DNA of 64,000 bases from Longimicrobiales bacterium (GCA_965198065.1 CBDAON010000004.1:352001-416000), one strand, 5' to 3'. Numbered from the stretch's first letter, positions 49,544 to 61,215 are shown. Program-made: numbers and translations. The notes: a model not told the origin generated them from the sequence alone.

Positions 49544-51321
49544 ACCATGATCTCCTGGGTGGGTACGAAGAGGGCGGTCTCGCCCTGCAGGATCTCGAGC
49601 ACGCCCTCCGCGACGTGATGCGGCATGAAGGGCTCCCCGTCGTACTTGCGGATGTGGGCGTGCGCTGCGATGCCGGTCTCGCTACGCAGATAGCGGGCGA
49701 ATTGCCCGCTGTAGTTGTTCTCCACGATGATGATTCGCTTCGCGGCCGTGAGCGCCGCGGTGACGGCATCGGCGTGGAGCGGAACGATCCACTTGATGGG
49801 CAGGTGATTGCCGCTAACACCCTGCTCCGCAAGTAGTTCGAGCGCCTCCTTGATCACGCCGTAGGTCGATCCCCAGCCGACCAGCGTCACGTCCGCGTCT
49901 TTCGGGCCCTCGACTGAGGGAGCCGGCACGTCGGCGGCGACGGTGCGGAACTTCCGGGCACGCTTTTCCACCATCTGCCGCCGTTTGAGCGGATTCGTAA
50001 ACTCGTCGCTGATCAGGACACCAGCCTCGTCATGCTCGTCCGTGGCCACGACGTGGACAAATCCCTCTGTTCCCGGCGGCACGCGGGGAGAGATGCCGCT
50101 CTCCGTGTCCGCGAAGCGGTGGTAGTCGCCGTTGGGGGAGGGATCGAGCAGGAGCGCACCGCGATCGATCGTCGGATGGAGGTCGAGGTCCGCGGGGTCC
50201 ACAGTGAAGGTTCCCTCCGAGATGAGCAGATCGGAGATGATAATGCCTGGACACTGGGCTCGGTCCACCAGGTTGAACAGCTCCGGCACCGTGTTGTACG
50301 CGTCCAGGGCGTTCTTCGGCGTCACGATAAAGCGCTCGAAGTCCCCCTGGCTCGCTCCCAGCGCCTGCCAGAGGTCGCCCTGCTCGGTCTTGGTGGGCAC
50401 GCCCGTGGATGGGCCGGCACGCTGAACGTTGATGAAGACGACGGGCACCTCCATCATGGCCGCGCTTCCCAGCGCTTCGGTCATGAGGGCGAAGCCGCCC
50501 CCAGACGTGGCGCACATGGCACGGACGCCGGTATGCGCCGCGCCGATGGTCATGTTGGCCACGCCGATCTCGTCCTCGACCTGACGCACCATGATCCCGA
50601 GCGCACGGGCGTTCTTTGCCATCCAGTGTAGCACCCCGGTGGACGGGCTCATTGGATACGCAGCGTAGAACTTGACCCCTGCCGCCGCGCCGCCCATGGC
50701 GAGGGCTTCGTTGCCGGCCCACACAGCGAGTGGCTGCGAGCCCTGGGGTAGGGACACCGGAAAGGGCTCGAAGTTGGCTTCCGCGTGGTCATATCCGGCA
50801 CGCGCCACGGACACGTTCTCCGCGACCACCTCGGCCCCCTTCCTCCCCAGCATCTGCTTCAGCGCCTCATCGAGGGCCCCGAAGTCGATGCCCAATAGGG
50901 ACATGATCACCCCGAGCGACAGGGTGTTCTGGATCAGCTTGTTCTTACTGTTCCCTGAGAGCTCCTTTACAGACAGGGGGCAAAGACGCACCCCATCGCG
51001 TGCCGTTCCCACCTCGATGCCGTCGCTGTTGAAGAGGACGCGCGCGCCGTCTTCCAAGAGCCCCAGGTGGCGGTCCATGGTCGATTGATCGAGACACAGG
51101 AGCAGGTCGATCCGGTCCCCGTGGGTGTACAGTTCCTGGTCGCCAACGCGTAGCGTCAAGAGGATATGGCCGCCCCGGATGATCGACTGATAGGCGTTAT
51201 AGGCATAGAGGTGAAGCCCCCGCCGGGCAAAGATGCGCGCCAGGACATTCCCGGGCGTCGCGATCCCCTGGCCGGCGGCTCCCCCTATCGCAATGGTAAT
51301 ATCGAGACCACTCGTGCTCAT
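49540..51321 (-). CDS. 2-oxoacid:ferredoxin oxidoreductase alpha subunit (gamma-alpha fusion)
   Basis: GGAAGQG, YPMSPST, EDEI, TSGGGF.LM.E and RAGPSTG.PT motifs. Confidence 0.95.
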   Translation of the reverse strand: MSTSGLDITIAIGGAAGQGIATPGNVLARIFARRGLHLYAYNAYQSIIRGGHILLTLRVGDQELYTHGDRIDLLLCLDQSTMDRHLGLLEDGARVLFNSDGIEVGTARDGVRLCPLSVKELSGNSKNKLIQNTLSLGVIMSLLGIDFGALDEALKQMLGRKGAEVVAENVSVARAGYDHAEANFEPFPVSLPQGSQPLAVWAGNEALAMGGAAAGVKFYAAYPMSPSTGVLHWMAKNARALGIMVRQVEDEIGVANMTIGAAHTGVRAMCATSGGGFALMTEALGSAAMMEVPVVFINVQRAGPSTGVPTKTEQGDLWQALGASQGDFERFIVTPKNALDAYNTVPELFNLVDRAQCPGIIISDLLISEGTFTVDPADLDLHPTIDRGALLLDPSPNGDYHRFADTESGISPRVPPGTEGFVHVVATDEHDEAGVLISDEFTNPLKRRQMVEKRARKFRTVAADVPAPSVEGPKDADVTLVGWGSTYGVIKEALELLAEQGVSGNHLPIKWIVPLHADAVTAALTAAKRIIIVENNYSGQFARYLRSETGIAAHAHIRKYDGEPFMPHHVAEGVLEILQGETALFVPTQEIMV

Positions 51322-51645
51322 TGCATGGCTCCTCACACCGGTGGGTCGGTTGAGCGCCGATCGGGACGCGTATGGCCCGCCAAATCGACCCGTGAAGAAG
51401 GGCCTGGAGGGACGGCATCCAGAGGCTTTTCGGATGCGAAAGGTAGAGCGCGGGGTTCTTGGGGACCAGGGGGTCCGGGCGGGGGCGTCTGGCGCAGCGA
51501 GCAGAAGCGGAGGGGGTGCGTCGGAGGCCCGCTGGAGCCCGCGTGGCGGAACGGGCTAAGGCGATGTTGGGGGAGCGCGATCCGCCGGATGGCCACGACG
51601 CCGTCTCTTGACAGCCGTTCCGGCCCCTGCCAAGATTTGCCCCTC

Positions 51646-51918
<273 letters not shown>

Positions 51919-51951
51919 CTCGCCGACAACCGCGAGACCAGCACACCGGTT

Positions 51952-53358
51952 TTACCCTTCCCAGTTCAGCGCGGCGAGAATCTCCTCACTCGACGTGCAT
52001 TTCACTCGCGGCCGCCCCTGTGGTTCTCCCCGCGCCGTCTCGAACTGATTGATCCGCTGCCAGTCGGCGTACGTTACCAACGCGGGCTGCCGCTGCCTGA
52101 CGAACGACTCTACGCTCGCGGGCTCCGGATGAGCAGGTGACGGCAGCGTTTCCAGCTCCAGATCTTCCAGCATCGCCTTGACCGTCTCCGCCGCGTCCGG
52201 CTTGTTGGTGCCGATCACGCCACTCGGGCCACGCTTGATCCACCCGCTAACGTAGACGCCCGGCATCGGCGCGGCGCTGGGGGAAGTGAGCACCCGCCCG
52301 GCCTCGTTCGGCACCACGCCCCACTTCTGGTCGAAGGGCAAGTCCGCTAGCGGGACACCGTGGTACCCGACCGACCGGAAGACCAGGCCCACGGGAAGCA
52401 GCTCGGACTCATCCGTGGCTTCAGCTCGGAGCCTCCCGCGTCCGTCCGCAACGAGCCGGTTGCGTACGAGCCGCAAACCCACCACCTGACCGTCCTCGTT
52501 TCCCACCAGCTCCGCGGGAGACACCAGAAAACGGATCGTAAGCGTGCGAGGCTTCCCGGCCGGCGAGCGGGCCGCGAACTCTCGCAGGATTTCCAGCTTC
52601 CGATGAAGACTGCGTTCATCGCTCTGCTCCACTTCCGCGCGGCTCAGCGGATCCAGCTCGACCTCACCTTCTCGCACCCGAAGGTCGGCCCCGGCGAGCT
52701 CCCCGAGCTCCTTCACTTCCGCGTTGGTGAAGGCAGCCTGCGCGGGTCCTCGCCGGCCCAGCATGTACACTTCCTTTATACGGCTCTTCCCGAGGGCCTC
52801 CAGCGCATAGTCCGCGATGTCTGTAGTGGCAAGCTCCTCCGCCGAACGGCTGAGGATGCGGGCTACGTCCACCGCCACGTTGCCTACGCCCACTACGGCG
52901 ACCCGCTCGACAGAGAGATCGAAGTGGCAGTCCCGATACTCCGGATGCCCGTTGTACCACGCGACGAACTCGGTGGCAGCGTGACTGCGAGCCAGGTCTT
53001 CGCCGGGGATGCCCATCTGCCGGTCGGTCTGCGCACCGGTGGTGAAGCAGATCATGTGATAGTGGCGCCTGAGCTCGTCCAGGGTCACGTGCGAGCCCAC
53101 GTCCACGTTCCCGAAGAAGCGGAAGCCGGGTTTCGCGGCCGTTTTCTCGAACTGGCGTGCCACCCGCTTGATTTCCTCGTGGTCCGGCGCTACGCCGAAG
53201 CGGACCAGGCCAAACGGCGTCGCCAGACGCTCGTAGAGATCCACGGTCACTACGAGGTTCGGCTTGGCCAGCAGATGCTGCGCCACGAAGAAACCTGCGG
53301 GCCCCGAGCCCACAACGGCCACGCGCAGCGGCTGATCGGCAGTACCTGGGCTTGCCAT
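51952..53358 (-). CDS. Ferredoxin-NADP+ reductase (adrenodoxin reductase/FprA type)
   Basis: GSGPAG, GLVRFGVAPDH, GVGNVA.DVAR and GWIKRGPSG.IGTN motifs; ATG 53358. Confidence 0.92.
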   Translation of the reverse strand: MASPGTADQPLRVAVVGSGPAGFFVAQHLLAKPNLVVTVDLYERLATPFGLVRFGVAPDHEEIKRVARQFEKTAAKPGFRFFGNVDVGSHVTLDELRRHYHMICFTTGAQTDRQMGIPGEDLARSHAATEFVAWYNGHPEYRDCHFDLSVERVAVVGVGNVAVDVARILSRSAEELATTDIADYALEALGKSRIKEVYMLGRRGPAQAAFTNAEVKELGELAGADLRVREGEVELDPLSRAEVEQSDERSLHRKLEILREFAARSPAGKPRTLTIRFLVSPAELVGNEDGQVVGLRLVRNRLVADGRGRLRAEATDESELLPVGLVFRSVGYHGVPLADLPFDQKWGVVPNEAGRVLTSPSAAPMPGVYVSGWIKRGPSGVIGTNKPDAAETVKAMLEDLELETLPSPAHPEPASVESFVRQRQPALVTYADWQRINQFETARGEPQGRPRVKCTSSEEILAALNWEG

Positions 53359-53664
53359 CCGTGTCGGTCGGGGGATTCGGGTGTCGACCCGGTCTTCACT
53401 CTGGAGGAATGGCCGTCCAAGGCCCGCTTCAAACGCCCGGGAAGGTACAGCGCGGGGTTCCGGGGGACCAGTTGAAACCCTCCCCTTCCACCGAGGCGCG
53501 GAGAAAGGGCAGAATGCAAGCGCACTGAACCTCTGTGACGAGCCACGCGTATCCGCCTCGCGCTGGCGCGCGAGCCTACTAACCCTAAAGTTGAGCCCAG
53601 GCCCAAAGCCCACACGCCTGTTGCGGCGACGTCGCCCCATGGGTTTACGAAAGAGGAGCCTCCG

Positions 53665-54849
53665 ATGAGATCGTCACGCGCCATGATTCCCATGTTCCTT
53701 GTCTTCTCCGCCATCATCCTCGCAGGCTGCGCCGAGAGTGCAGACACTGCGGGCTCGACCATGGCACAGGGGGGCATGGTGGCGGGAGAGAGCTACTTCC
53801 CCAACCCGATCACGGGTGAGGGAATGCCGAACCCGAACCCGAATCGGATCGGGAGCTGGGCAACCCTTCCCGAGGGACGCGAGTGGGGCTCGACCGCAGG
53901 CATCGACATCTCTCCGACGGACGGCCACGTCTGGGGCTACGAGCGCTGCGCTTCGGGCTCGGCCGGAGGCGCCGGGGTCAACTGTGACAGCAACCCGGTC
54001 GACCCGATCTTCAAGTTCGACCGAAACACGGGCGAGATCCTAGCGAACTTCGGGGCTGGCATCTTCGTCACCCCTCACGGCATCTATGCCGACGACGAAG
54101 GCAACGTCTGGGCCACCGACTTCGCCGGCAACAGTGCGGGCACCAAGGGACACCAGGTCCACAAGTTCAGCCCGGAGGGCGAGCTGCTCCTGAGCCTCGG
54201 CGTCGCCGGCCAACCCGGCAACGGACCCGGCCAGCTCAACCAGCCCAACGACGTCATCGTCGGCCCCGACGGCAGCGTCTATGTCGCCGACGGCCACAGC
54301 GGCCAGGGTATGACGACCGCCCAGCAGATGGCCGAAGGACGTGAGGCGGGGCTCACTGGTCGCATCGTCAAGTTCACGCCCGAGGGTGAGTACATCATGG
54401 AGTGGGGCGAGATCGGCACCGAGCACGGTCAGTTCCGGACGCCTCACGCCCTCGAGTTCGACCCGCAGGGCCGCCTCTGGGTCGCCGATCGGGGCAACCA
54501 CCGCCTCGAGGTCTATGATCAGCAGGGGAACTATCTGGAATCGCGCTACCTGTACGGGCGCGTGAGCGACCTCTTCATCACCGACGACAACATGGTGTAC
54601 GCCGTCGACTCCGAATCGAATCAGGGGCGGCACATCGGCTGGAGCGACGGCGTCCGCATCGGGCCGGTCGATCGGGACTGGCTCGTGGGCTTCATCCCGC
54701 CGTGGGATTCCGACAGCCGGCCGCAAAGTGGCGTGGCGGGCGAGGGCGTAGCGGTCGACGCGGACGGCAACGTGTACGTCGCCGAGGGGCCGGCTTCGCT
54801 CCAGGATGCGGGATCTGCCTTCACGAAGTACGAGGTCGGGGGGATGTAA
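53665..54849 (+). CDS. NHL-repeat lipoprotein (peptidyl-alpha-hydroxyglycine lyase-like)
   Basis: Lipobox LAGC; PHGI, QPNDV...YVADG and PH.L...VADR.N.R motifs. Confidence 0.85.
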   Translation: MRSSRAMIPMFLVFSAIILAGCAESADTAGSTMAQGGMVAGESYFPNPITGEGMPNPNPNRIGSWATLPEGREWGSTAGIDISPTDGHVWGYERCASGSAGGAGVNCDSNPVDPIFKFDRNTGEILANFGAGIFVTPHGIYADDEGNVWATDFAGNSAGTKGHQVHKFSPEGELLLSLGVAGQPGNGPGQLNQPNDVIVGPDGSVYVADGHSGQGMTTAQQMAEGREAGLTGRIVKFTPEGEYIMEWGEIGTEHGQFRTPHALEFDPQGRLWVADRGNHRLEVYDQQGNYLESRYLYGRVSDLFITDDNMVYAVDSESNQGRHIGWSDGVRIGPVDRDWLVGFIPPWDSDSRPQSGVAGEGVAVDADGNVYVAEGPASLQDAGSAFTKYEVGGM

Positions 54850-54894
54850 GGGCCAGGAAGCGGCCGCCACCTATATCCTCCAAGAGGAGTCGCC

Positions 54895-56301
54895 ATGTCG
54901 ACAATCCGCATCGTATTCGCTTTGCTCCTCGTGGTCTCCCCCGCTCGTGCGCAGAGCCCCGACAACCCGTTCCCTGCGTCGATCGAGGCCAACGGAGGCG
55001 TCATCCGGGTCAACTATGTCGAGTTCGCGACCATCCCTGACGTAGACGGCGAGCCCGCCCGGACGATGCATGTGGTGAACGAGCCGGTAACGGGAAGGCT
55101 CTTCGTGAGTGACATGCGGGGACCGATCTACGTCGTAAGCCATGACGGCCAGACCGTCAGCGAGTACGTCGACATCGACGAGCCCCGTTGGGGCGTCAGC
55201 GTCGAGGCGGGCGGCCGGGAGCGTGGGATGCAGAACTTCGCCTTCCATCCCCAATTCGAGGAAGCGGGCACCTCGGGGTATGGGAGGTTCTACACCTGGA
55301 CGGACTCGGATAACACCTCTCCGGCCCCCGACTTCACTCCCACCGGGGACGAGGAAGCCCACCATACGGTGCTCCTGGAGTGGACCGCGGCGGACCCCAC
55401 GGGCGACACGTACGACGGCCGACCGCCAAGAGAGCTGTTCCGCTTCCGACAGCCCTTCGGCAATCACAACGGCGGGTTCCTCGCGTTCAACCCGCTGGCG
55501 TCTCCCGGCGATCCGGACTTCGGGCTCCTGTACATCGGCGTGGCAGACGGGGGGAGTGGGGGCGACCCGATGAACCTTGCCCAGAATCTCGCGAACGGCT
55601 TCGGCAAGATCCTTCGCGTCGACCCGTTCGGCTCCGACAGCTCGAACAGGGCCTACGGCATACCGGACGACAATCCCTTCGCAGACGACGGGGACCCGAA
55701 CACGTTGGACGAGATCTATGCGTACGGCCTTCGGAATCCCCAGCGGGTCGCCTGGGACCCGGCCAACGGAAACATGTACGTGTCGGACATCGGCCAGAAC
55801 CTCGTGGAAGAGGTGAGCCTTGTCACTCTGGGCGCGAATCTGGGCTGGAATACCTGGGAGGGAAGCTACCGATTCCTCTCCCGCTCCGGGCTCGATCTCT
55901 CGAACCCTCGTGGCGACCCCGGCGTGACCTACCCAGTTTCGGAATACGGGCAGGGCGATCCGCTCTTCGGGCCGTGCTGCGCCGCGTCAGGGGTACACGT
56001 CTATCGCGAAACGGAGATCCCGCAGCTGACCGGACTCGTCATCTGGGGAGACAATCCCAGCGGCGAGATCTTCTACTTCGACGCCGACGACCTTCCGGAC
56101 GGTGGTGAGAGATCAGTCCGTCGGATCCTCTTGAACCACGACGGTCGGGCAATGACGCTTCTCGACATCATTCGGGAAAAGAATCGGGAGCAGGGCCGTG
56201 AGCCGGCGAGCCGCGTGGACCTTCGGATCGCCTCCGGCCCGCAGGGACAGATCCTTCTGCTGAACAAGCAGGACGGGATCGTGAGGATGCTCACCCCTTA
56301 G
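54895..56301 (+). CDS. PQQ-dependent sugar dehydrogenase (GSDH family)
   Basis: HNGG, DGGSGGDP, GKILR.D and YAYGLRNP motifs. Confidence 0.88.
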   Translation: MSTIRIVFALLLVVSPARAQSPDNPFPASIEANGGVIRVNYVEFATIPDVDGEPARTMHVVNEPVTGRLFVSDMRGPIYVVSHDGQTVSEYVDIDEPRWGVSVEAGGRERGMQNFAFHPQFEEAGTSGYGRFYTWTDSDNTSPAPDFTPTGDEEAHHTVLLEWTAADPTGDTYDGRPPRELFRFRQPFGNHNGGFLAFNPLASPGDPDFGLLYIGVADGGSGGDPMNLAQNLANGFGKILRVDPFGSDSSNRAYGIPDDNPFADDGDPNTLDEIYAYGLRNPQRVAWDPANGNMYVSDIGQNLVEEVSLVTLGANLGWNTWEGSYRFLSRSGLDLSNPRGDPGVTYPVSEYGQGDPLFGPCCAASGVHVYRETEIPQLTGLVIWGDNPSGEIFYFDADDLPDGGERSVRRILLNHDGRAMTLLDIIREKNREQGREPASRVDLRIASGPQGQILLLNKQDGIVRMLTP

Positions 56302-56438
56302 GGTTCCTGATCTAGACGCTTCGTCCGAGCCACCCTTGGAGGAGATCTTCCTCGGCGTCCGAGAGCGCCTCAGGCCGTCCGGCGCACCGGACCATGCCGC
56401 GCGTTGCTCGGCTCGCCCGCCTACGCTTCTTCCTGAGA

Positions 56439-57211
56439 CTACCGGTGCTCAGGGTTCGGAAAGTCGAACCGACATCCGGCATCCCACTCCGAGCGCTGGT
56501 TTCCGTGAGCGGGAATCCCTCCCTGGTCGCGGAGGGTGCGGGCCAGGTGGAGGAGGTTCCACGTCATGAACGTGGTGTTCCGATTCGTAAAGTCATTCTC
56601 GGGGCCGCCGGAGCCCGGGTCCAGGTAGGAGGGGCCCGGTCCAGCCTCGCCAATCCAGGCCGCATCCGCCTGTGGAGGAATCAGGTAACCGACGTGTTGG
56701 AGGGAGTACAGGATGTTCATGGCGCAGTGCTTGGCCCCGTCCTCGTTTCCGGTGATCAGGCATCCGCTCACCTTGCCGTAGTACGAGTACTGCCCAGCCT
56801 CGTTCAGTTGCACCGAACACGAGTAGAGCCTCTCCACGACCCGCGTACAGACCGAGGACTTTTCCCCCAGCCAGATGGGGGAGCCGAGAACGAGGATGTC
56901 CGCTTTCTCGACCTTTTCGTAAATTCCGGGCCAATCGTCCCGCTCGGCCCCATGCTGCTCCCGCATGTCCGGGTAGACTCCCGGCGCGCGAGCTCGTAAT
57001 CCACGGGCCGAAGCAACTCCACTCCGACCCCCAACTTCTCCATGGTGGCGACGGCGATCCGAATGAGCCCTTCCGTGTGTGACCGTTCCGGCGACGGCTT
57101 CAGGGTGCAGTTGAGGAAGAGGGCGTTCAGATTCGAGAAGTCCCACTGACTCTCACTGCAGAGCCGTTCCTGCCGCTCGCTCAGCACGGCTCGCTCACTC
57201 GAGGGTTCCAT
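56439..57211 (-). pseudogene. Flavodoxin-like / NAD(P)H-dependent FMN reductase family protein, frameshifted at about 56988
   Basis: N-part (LNCTLK.SP..SHT) and C-part (PGVYPD...SPIWLG...GNEDG) are offset by an extra CG in a (CG)n run; this may be a sequencing error. Confidence 0.75.
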
Positions 57212-58223
57212 CGCGATCCGCCTCCCGCTCCAGAAAGTGAACGGAAAACCACCCGCGGGGATCGGTCCACCGTCGGATCGTCTCCCAGCCCGCGCTCCGA
57301 CAAAGCGCTTCGAACTGATCCGGGCGGTACTTGTACGAGTGCTCCGTGACGATCTCTTCTCCCTCCTCGAGCCGGATCCGAAGAGGCTCGCCATCGGGGA
57401 ACGCCGGCTCGAGGCTCACGTCCTGCTGCGCCGTGCAGACGAGGCGCATCTCGATGCGGGAGCGCGCCGCGTTCCAGACGGCCCGATGCGCGAAGGAAGA
57501 GACCGCGAAGTCGCCGTCGAACAGCTCGTTTAGGTGCCGAAGCGCGTTCCGGTTGAACTCCGCGGTCACTCCTTCCGGATCGTCGTAGGCCCGCAGCAGC
57601 GGCTCTCTCTCCTTCACGCAGTCCACCCCGATGAGCAGGGACGACCCCGGACCCCCGATCCGACCCACTCGGTGGAGGAACCGCTCCGCTTCGGTGGGCC
57701 TGAAGTTGCCGATGGACGAGCCGGGGAAGAAGAAGAGGAGCCGACCGACTTCCCCCTCCTTGCCGTCGCCCGTTTTCGGCAAGGAGAATGGCTGCGTGTA
57801 GTCCGCCACCACCGGGAGCACGTCCACCCCCGGATACTCGGCCTGGAGTCGATCCGCGAACCCGAGCAGCTGTGTCTCGGAGATGTCGACGGGAATGCAC
57901 CGCGCTGGTCGATCCAGCGAGTCCAGGAGCAAACTAGTCTTACGCCCGCTTCCGGAGCCGAACTCCACGACAGTAGCGTCCGGGCCCACGAGCTCGCGGA
58001 CCTCCTCCAGGCAGGCCTCGAGAATCTCGATCTCGAGTCGCGTCGGGTAGTACGCGTCCAGGCGCGTAATCTCTTCAAAGAGCTCAGCGCCGCGCTGGTC
58101 GTAAAGGAGCTTCTCGGGAATCCGCCGGGGGGTCGATTGGAGACTGCCCGATACCTCCCGGAACAGACGTGAGAGCGGGTCCTGCCCGGTGAGCGCGGAC
58201 TGCGTCCTGGCTCGAGAGAACAC
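57195..58223 (-). CDS. egtD: L-histidine N-alpha-methyltransferase
   Basis: K.LYD.RG..LFE.IT.L..YYPTR.E, EFGSGS..K, GSSIGNF, AYDD..GVT..FN.N and TE.SYKY motifs; GTG overlaps the egtB stop. Confidence 0.93.
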   Translation of the reverse strand: MFSRARTQSALTGQDPLSRLFREVSGSLQSTPRRIPEKLLYDQRGAELFEEITRLDAYYPTRLEIEILEACLEEVRELVGPDATVVEFGSGSGRKTSLLLDSLDRPARCIPVDISETQLLGFADRLQAEYPGVDVLPVVADYTQPFSLPKTGDGKEGEVGRLLFFFPGSSIGNFRPTEAERFLHRVGRIGGPGSSLLIGVDCVKEREPLLRAYDDPEGVTAEFNRNALRHLNELFDGDFAVSSFAHRAVWNAARSRIEMRLVCTAQQDVSLEPAFPDGEPLRIRLEEGEEIVTEHSYKYRPDQFEALCRSAGWETIRRWTDPRGWFSVHFLEREADRDGTLE

Positions 58224-59578
58224 TACCTCGGGTCTTGGGCCAGACGGACCCCGCTGAACTGCCACGCGGCGTCTGGGGGGAAGAAGTTTCGGTAGGTCGC
58301 TCGAACATGTGTCGAGGGCGTGGCGCAGGACCCGCCCCTGAGGACGAATTGGCCGCACATGAACTTCCCGTTGTACTCGCCGACAACCCCTTCGAGGGGG
58401 GCGTATCCTGGATAAGGGGAGTAGGGACTGGCCGTCCACTCCCACACGTCCCCGAACATCTGACGCAGTGATGGGCTCTCTTCGCCGGGCGATCCGGCGC
58501 GCCCGGGGTGGTAGCGTCCCGACTCCGCCAGATTCCCGACGATCGGAAGCTCTGCCGCTGCTACCTCCCACTCGTCCTCGCGCGGGAGCCGAGCGTCGCT
58601 CCAGCGCGCGAAGGCGTCCGCCTCGAACCAGGTCAGATGACAAACAGGCTCTGCCAGGTCGAGGGGGCGCATCCCCCCAAGGGTGAAGATCCACCGCTCG
58701 TCTCCCCTGCGCTCCCAGTAGAACGGCTCGGTCCACCCTTCGGCCTCGCGCCGCGCCCACCCCTCGGACATCCAGAGCTCGGCCCGTTCGTACCCACCGT
58801 CCTCCAGGAAGGCCAGATACTCTCCGTTGGTTGTGAGCCGGTCCGCGAGCTCGAACGGTTCCAGGTAGCGCCGGTGACGTGGCGCCTCGTTATCGAAGTG
58901 AAAGCCCTCCCCCATCCAGCCGACTTCCCGTAAGCCGCCCTCGAAGGTGAGCCAGCGCAGTAGATCCGGATTCGCGGGGGAGCCTTCGCCTCCCGGTTCC
59001 GTGGAGTCCGACTCCCGGTACGCCGGGCGAAGAGGGTTCACCGAGAACACGTGCTTCAGGTCGGTCAGCATGAGCTCCTGATGCTGCTGCTCGTGGTTCA
59101 AGCCGAGCTCCACCAGGGCCGTGAGCTCCGGATCCTTCGCCCCGTCGGATTTCCGCTCGATCAGTTCGAGCATCGCTCCGTCGACGTGACGCCGGTAGTT
59201 CATCACCTCGGGCACCGTGGGCCGCGAGAGATATCCTCGCTGGGCGCGACAGTGTCGTTCACCCGCTTGCACGTAGTACGAGTTGAACAGGTAGTGGTAT
59301 CGCGGGTGGAACGGCTCGTATCCGGGCATCCACCTGGAGAGCACGAAGGCCTCCCAGAACCAGGAGGTGTGGGCGAGGTGCCATTTGGTGGGGCTTACCT
59401 CGTCCATGGACTGCACGACGAAGTCCTCCGCTGCCAGGCCCTCCGTCAGGGCCTCGGTGGCCTCTCGGACGGACTGGAAGCGGGCGCTGATGTGGGAGGC
59501 TGGGTCGCCCACGCGGGTGGCTCGAGCTCCCGTGTGCCGGGTTGGGTGGGTCCTCGCGTGCGTTCCTGGTGTCGTCAT
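58223..59578 (-). CDS. egtB: Ergothioneine biosynthesis sulfoxide synthase
   Basis: SPTKWHLAHT, LFNSYY, RG.LSRP, HEQQHQEL and EYNGKFM motifs; C-terminal FGE-like domain. Confidence 0.95.
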   Translation of the reverse strand: MTTPGTHARTHPTRHTGARATRVGDPASHISARFQSVREATEALTEGLAAEDFVVQSMDEVSPTKWHLAHTSWFWEAFVLSRWMPGYEPFHPRYHYLFNSYYVQAGERHCRAQRGYLSRPTVPEVMNYRRHVDGAMLELIERKSDGAKDPELTALVELGLNHEQQHQELMLTDLKHVFSVNPLRPAYRESDSTEPGGEGSPANPDLLRWLTFEGGLREVGWMGEGFHFDNEAPRHRRYLEPFELADRLTTNGEYLAFLEDGGYERAELWMSEGWARREAEGWTEPFYWERRGDERWIFTLGGMRPLDLAEPVCHLTWFEADAFARWSDARLPREDEWEVAAAELPIVGNLAESGRYHPGRAGSPGEESPSLRQMFGDVWEWTASPYSPYPGYAPLEGVVGEYNGKFMCGQFVLRGGSCATPSTHVRATYRNFFPPDAAWQFSGVRLAQDPR

Positions 59579-59716
59579 GAAAACGGAATCCCCTCGTAGG
59601 TGTAGCTTGTGAATCCGGATCGCCTTGCGTTTGTTCCGCCCGCGGCCGGCAACTAATCGACCGCCATCTGCGCCCTCAGCTCAAGTTCGCTCGTCGTCGC
59701 TCCCAGCCTGCAGCGT

Positions 59717-61063
59717 TCAAATCCAGCCCAGGACCCAGAGCACGTACACGGCCCCCATCGTCACGACCCCGTTCACGAGCGTGACCCCTCCGTACGAGAG
59801 GAGCGCCGACCGGAGCGGCATGCGCGAGAGGGACGTGCAGACCCAAAAATAGCTCGAGTTCACGTACTTGATGATGATCGAGCCCGCCGCACCCGCGAGC
59901 ATGGTGGCCTCGGGGCTGAGGTCCAGCGTTTCCATCATTGGGGCGGAGATCGCGGCAGCGGTGATGACACCCACAGTCGTGGACCCAGTGATCATGTTTC
60001 CCACGACACCGAGGACGAAGGGGAGGAAGATCGCGGGGAGCCCGGTGGAGGCGACCGCCTCCGCAACCGCGTCCACGGCCGGAGTGGCCCTGAGAATCTG
60101 GCTGAGCGCCCCCCCGAGCCCGGTGACCACGATGATCATGGCCGACGTCTTGAGCCCGTTTTCAACCCACTCCCCCGTGCGTGCTTTGGACTGCTCCCGT
60201 CTGGTGTTCCGGTACGCGAGGAGCACTCCGATGGTGAGCGCGACCACGGGCCAGCCCAGGTAGAGCATCACCGCGTTCGCGAAGTGGTCCTCCGAGAGCG
60301 TGAGCTGGGTCACGCTCAGCCCGGCGATGAGCGCCAGCGGGACCAAGATGGGGGCGTACGCCCAGACCGCCGACGGGAGCTCGCTCTCCCGCCCCTGGTC
60401 GATGAACGACTGGCCCACCCACTCCTCGGAGGGTGCGGACTCGATCCTAGGGCCCACGAGGAGAGCGAAACCCCACCCCGCGAGGGCTCCGGTGAGGCAC
60501 ACGAGGGACCCGAAGAAGATCACGCGCCCGATGTCGGCTCCCACGATGGCCACGGCGGCCAGGGGTCCCGGGGTGGGAGGCACCAGGGCGTGCGTGAGCT
60601 GCATGGCTCCCACCAGCCCCGTCGACATCACGCTCATGTTCAGGCCCGTTCTCAGGGCAGCCGAGTGGACCAGAGGGTTCAAGATCACGTAGCCGACGTC
60701 CGAGAAGATCGCGATCCCGATGACGAGGCCGCTGAGGGTGAGGGCGAGCGGCATGCGACGCTCCCCAACCCACCCGATCATCGTCGTCGTGATGCGCTCG
60801 ACCGCACCCGTGTGCTTCAGGGCTTCGGCCAGGATCGAACCCAGCACGATCACGACCGCGATGCCCCCGATCGTCCTCCCGAACCCTTCCTCGAACGCGG
60901 CGATGAACGCCTCCCGGTCCAGCCCGGGGGCCGCCGCAAAGATGAGGATGGGCACCAGGAAGGCGGCGAAGACGTGCCACTTGTAGCGGGTGATCAGGAG
61001 GAAGAGGAGGACCACCACCGCGGTGAGCCCGGCCAGCGCGATCCAGACGCTTTCGGTGATCAT
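59717..61063 (-). CDS. GntP-family permease
   Basis: Multi-pass membrane protein; F.DVGYVIL.PL, H.LVPPTPGP, GS.TV and VN.S.FW motifs. Confidence 0.88.
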   Translation of the reverse strand: MITESVWIALAGLTAVVVLLFLLITRYKWHVFAAFLVPILIFAAAPGLDREAFIAAFEEGFGRTIGGIAVVIVLGSILAEALKHTGAVERITTTMIGWVGERRMPLALTLSGLVIGIAIFSDVGYVILNPLVHSAALRTGLNMSVMSTGLVGAMQLTHALVPPTPGPLAAVAIVGADIGRVIFFGSLVCLTGALAGWGFALLVGPRIESAPSEEWVGQSFIDQGRESELPSAVWAYAPILVPLALIAGLSVTQLTLSEDHFANAVMLYLGWPVVALTIGVLLAYRNTRREQSKARTGEWVENGLKTSAMIIVVTGLGGALSQILRATPAVDAVAEAVASTGLPAIFLPFVLGVVGNMITGSTTVGVITAAAISAPMMETLDLSPEATMLAGAAGSIIIKYVNSSYFWVCTSLSRMPLRSALLSYGGVTLVNGVVTMGAVYVLWVLGWI

Positions 61064-61215
61064 GGAACTCTGACGGCGTCGCGGAGGAGGAGGACGGGGT
61101 GGAAGGTCCTTCGCCCCGTGCCATGATCGATCTGCTGCTGACAGGAGACCCCGGTCGCGGCGACGAGCGCGTCGTCGGGTGGACGGGCACCGGGAAGTGC
61201 GGGCTCAGAGAGCCC
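61060..61215 (-). pseudogene. Orphan C-terminal fragment of an FAD-linked oxidase / Fe-S protein (YdiJ-like)
   Basis: LVAATGVSCQQQIDHGTGRRTFHPVLLL; its stop overlaps the GntP start (ATGA). Confidence 0.6.
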
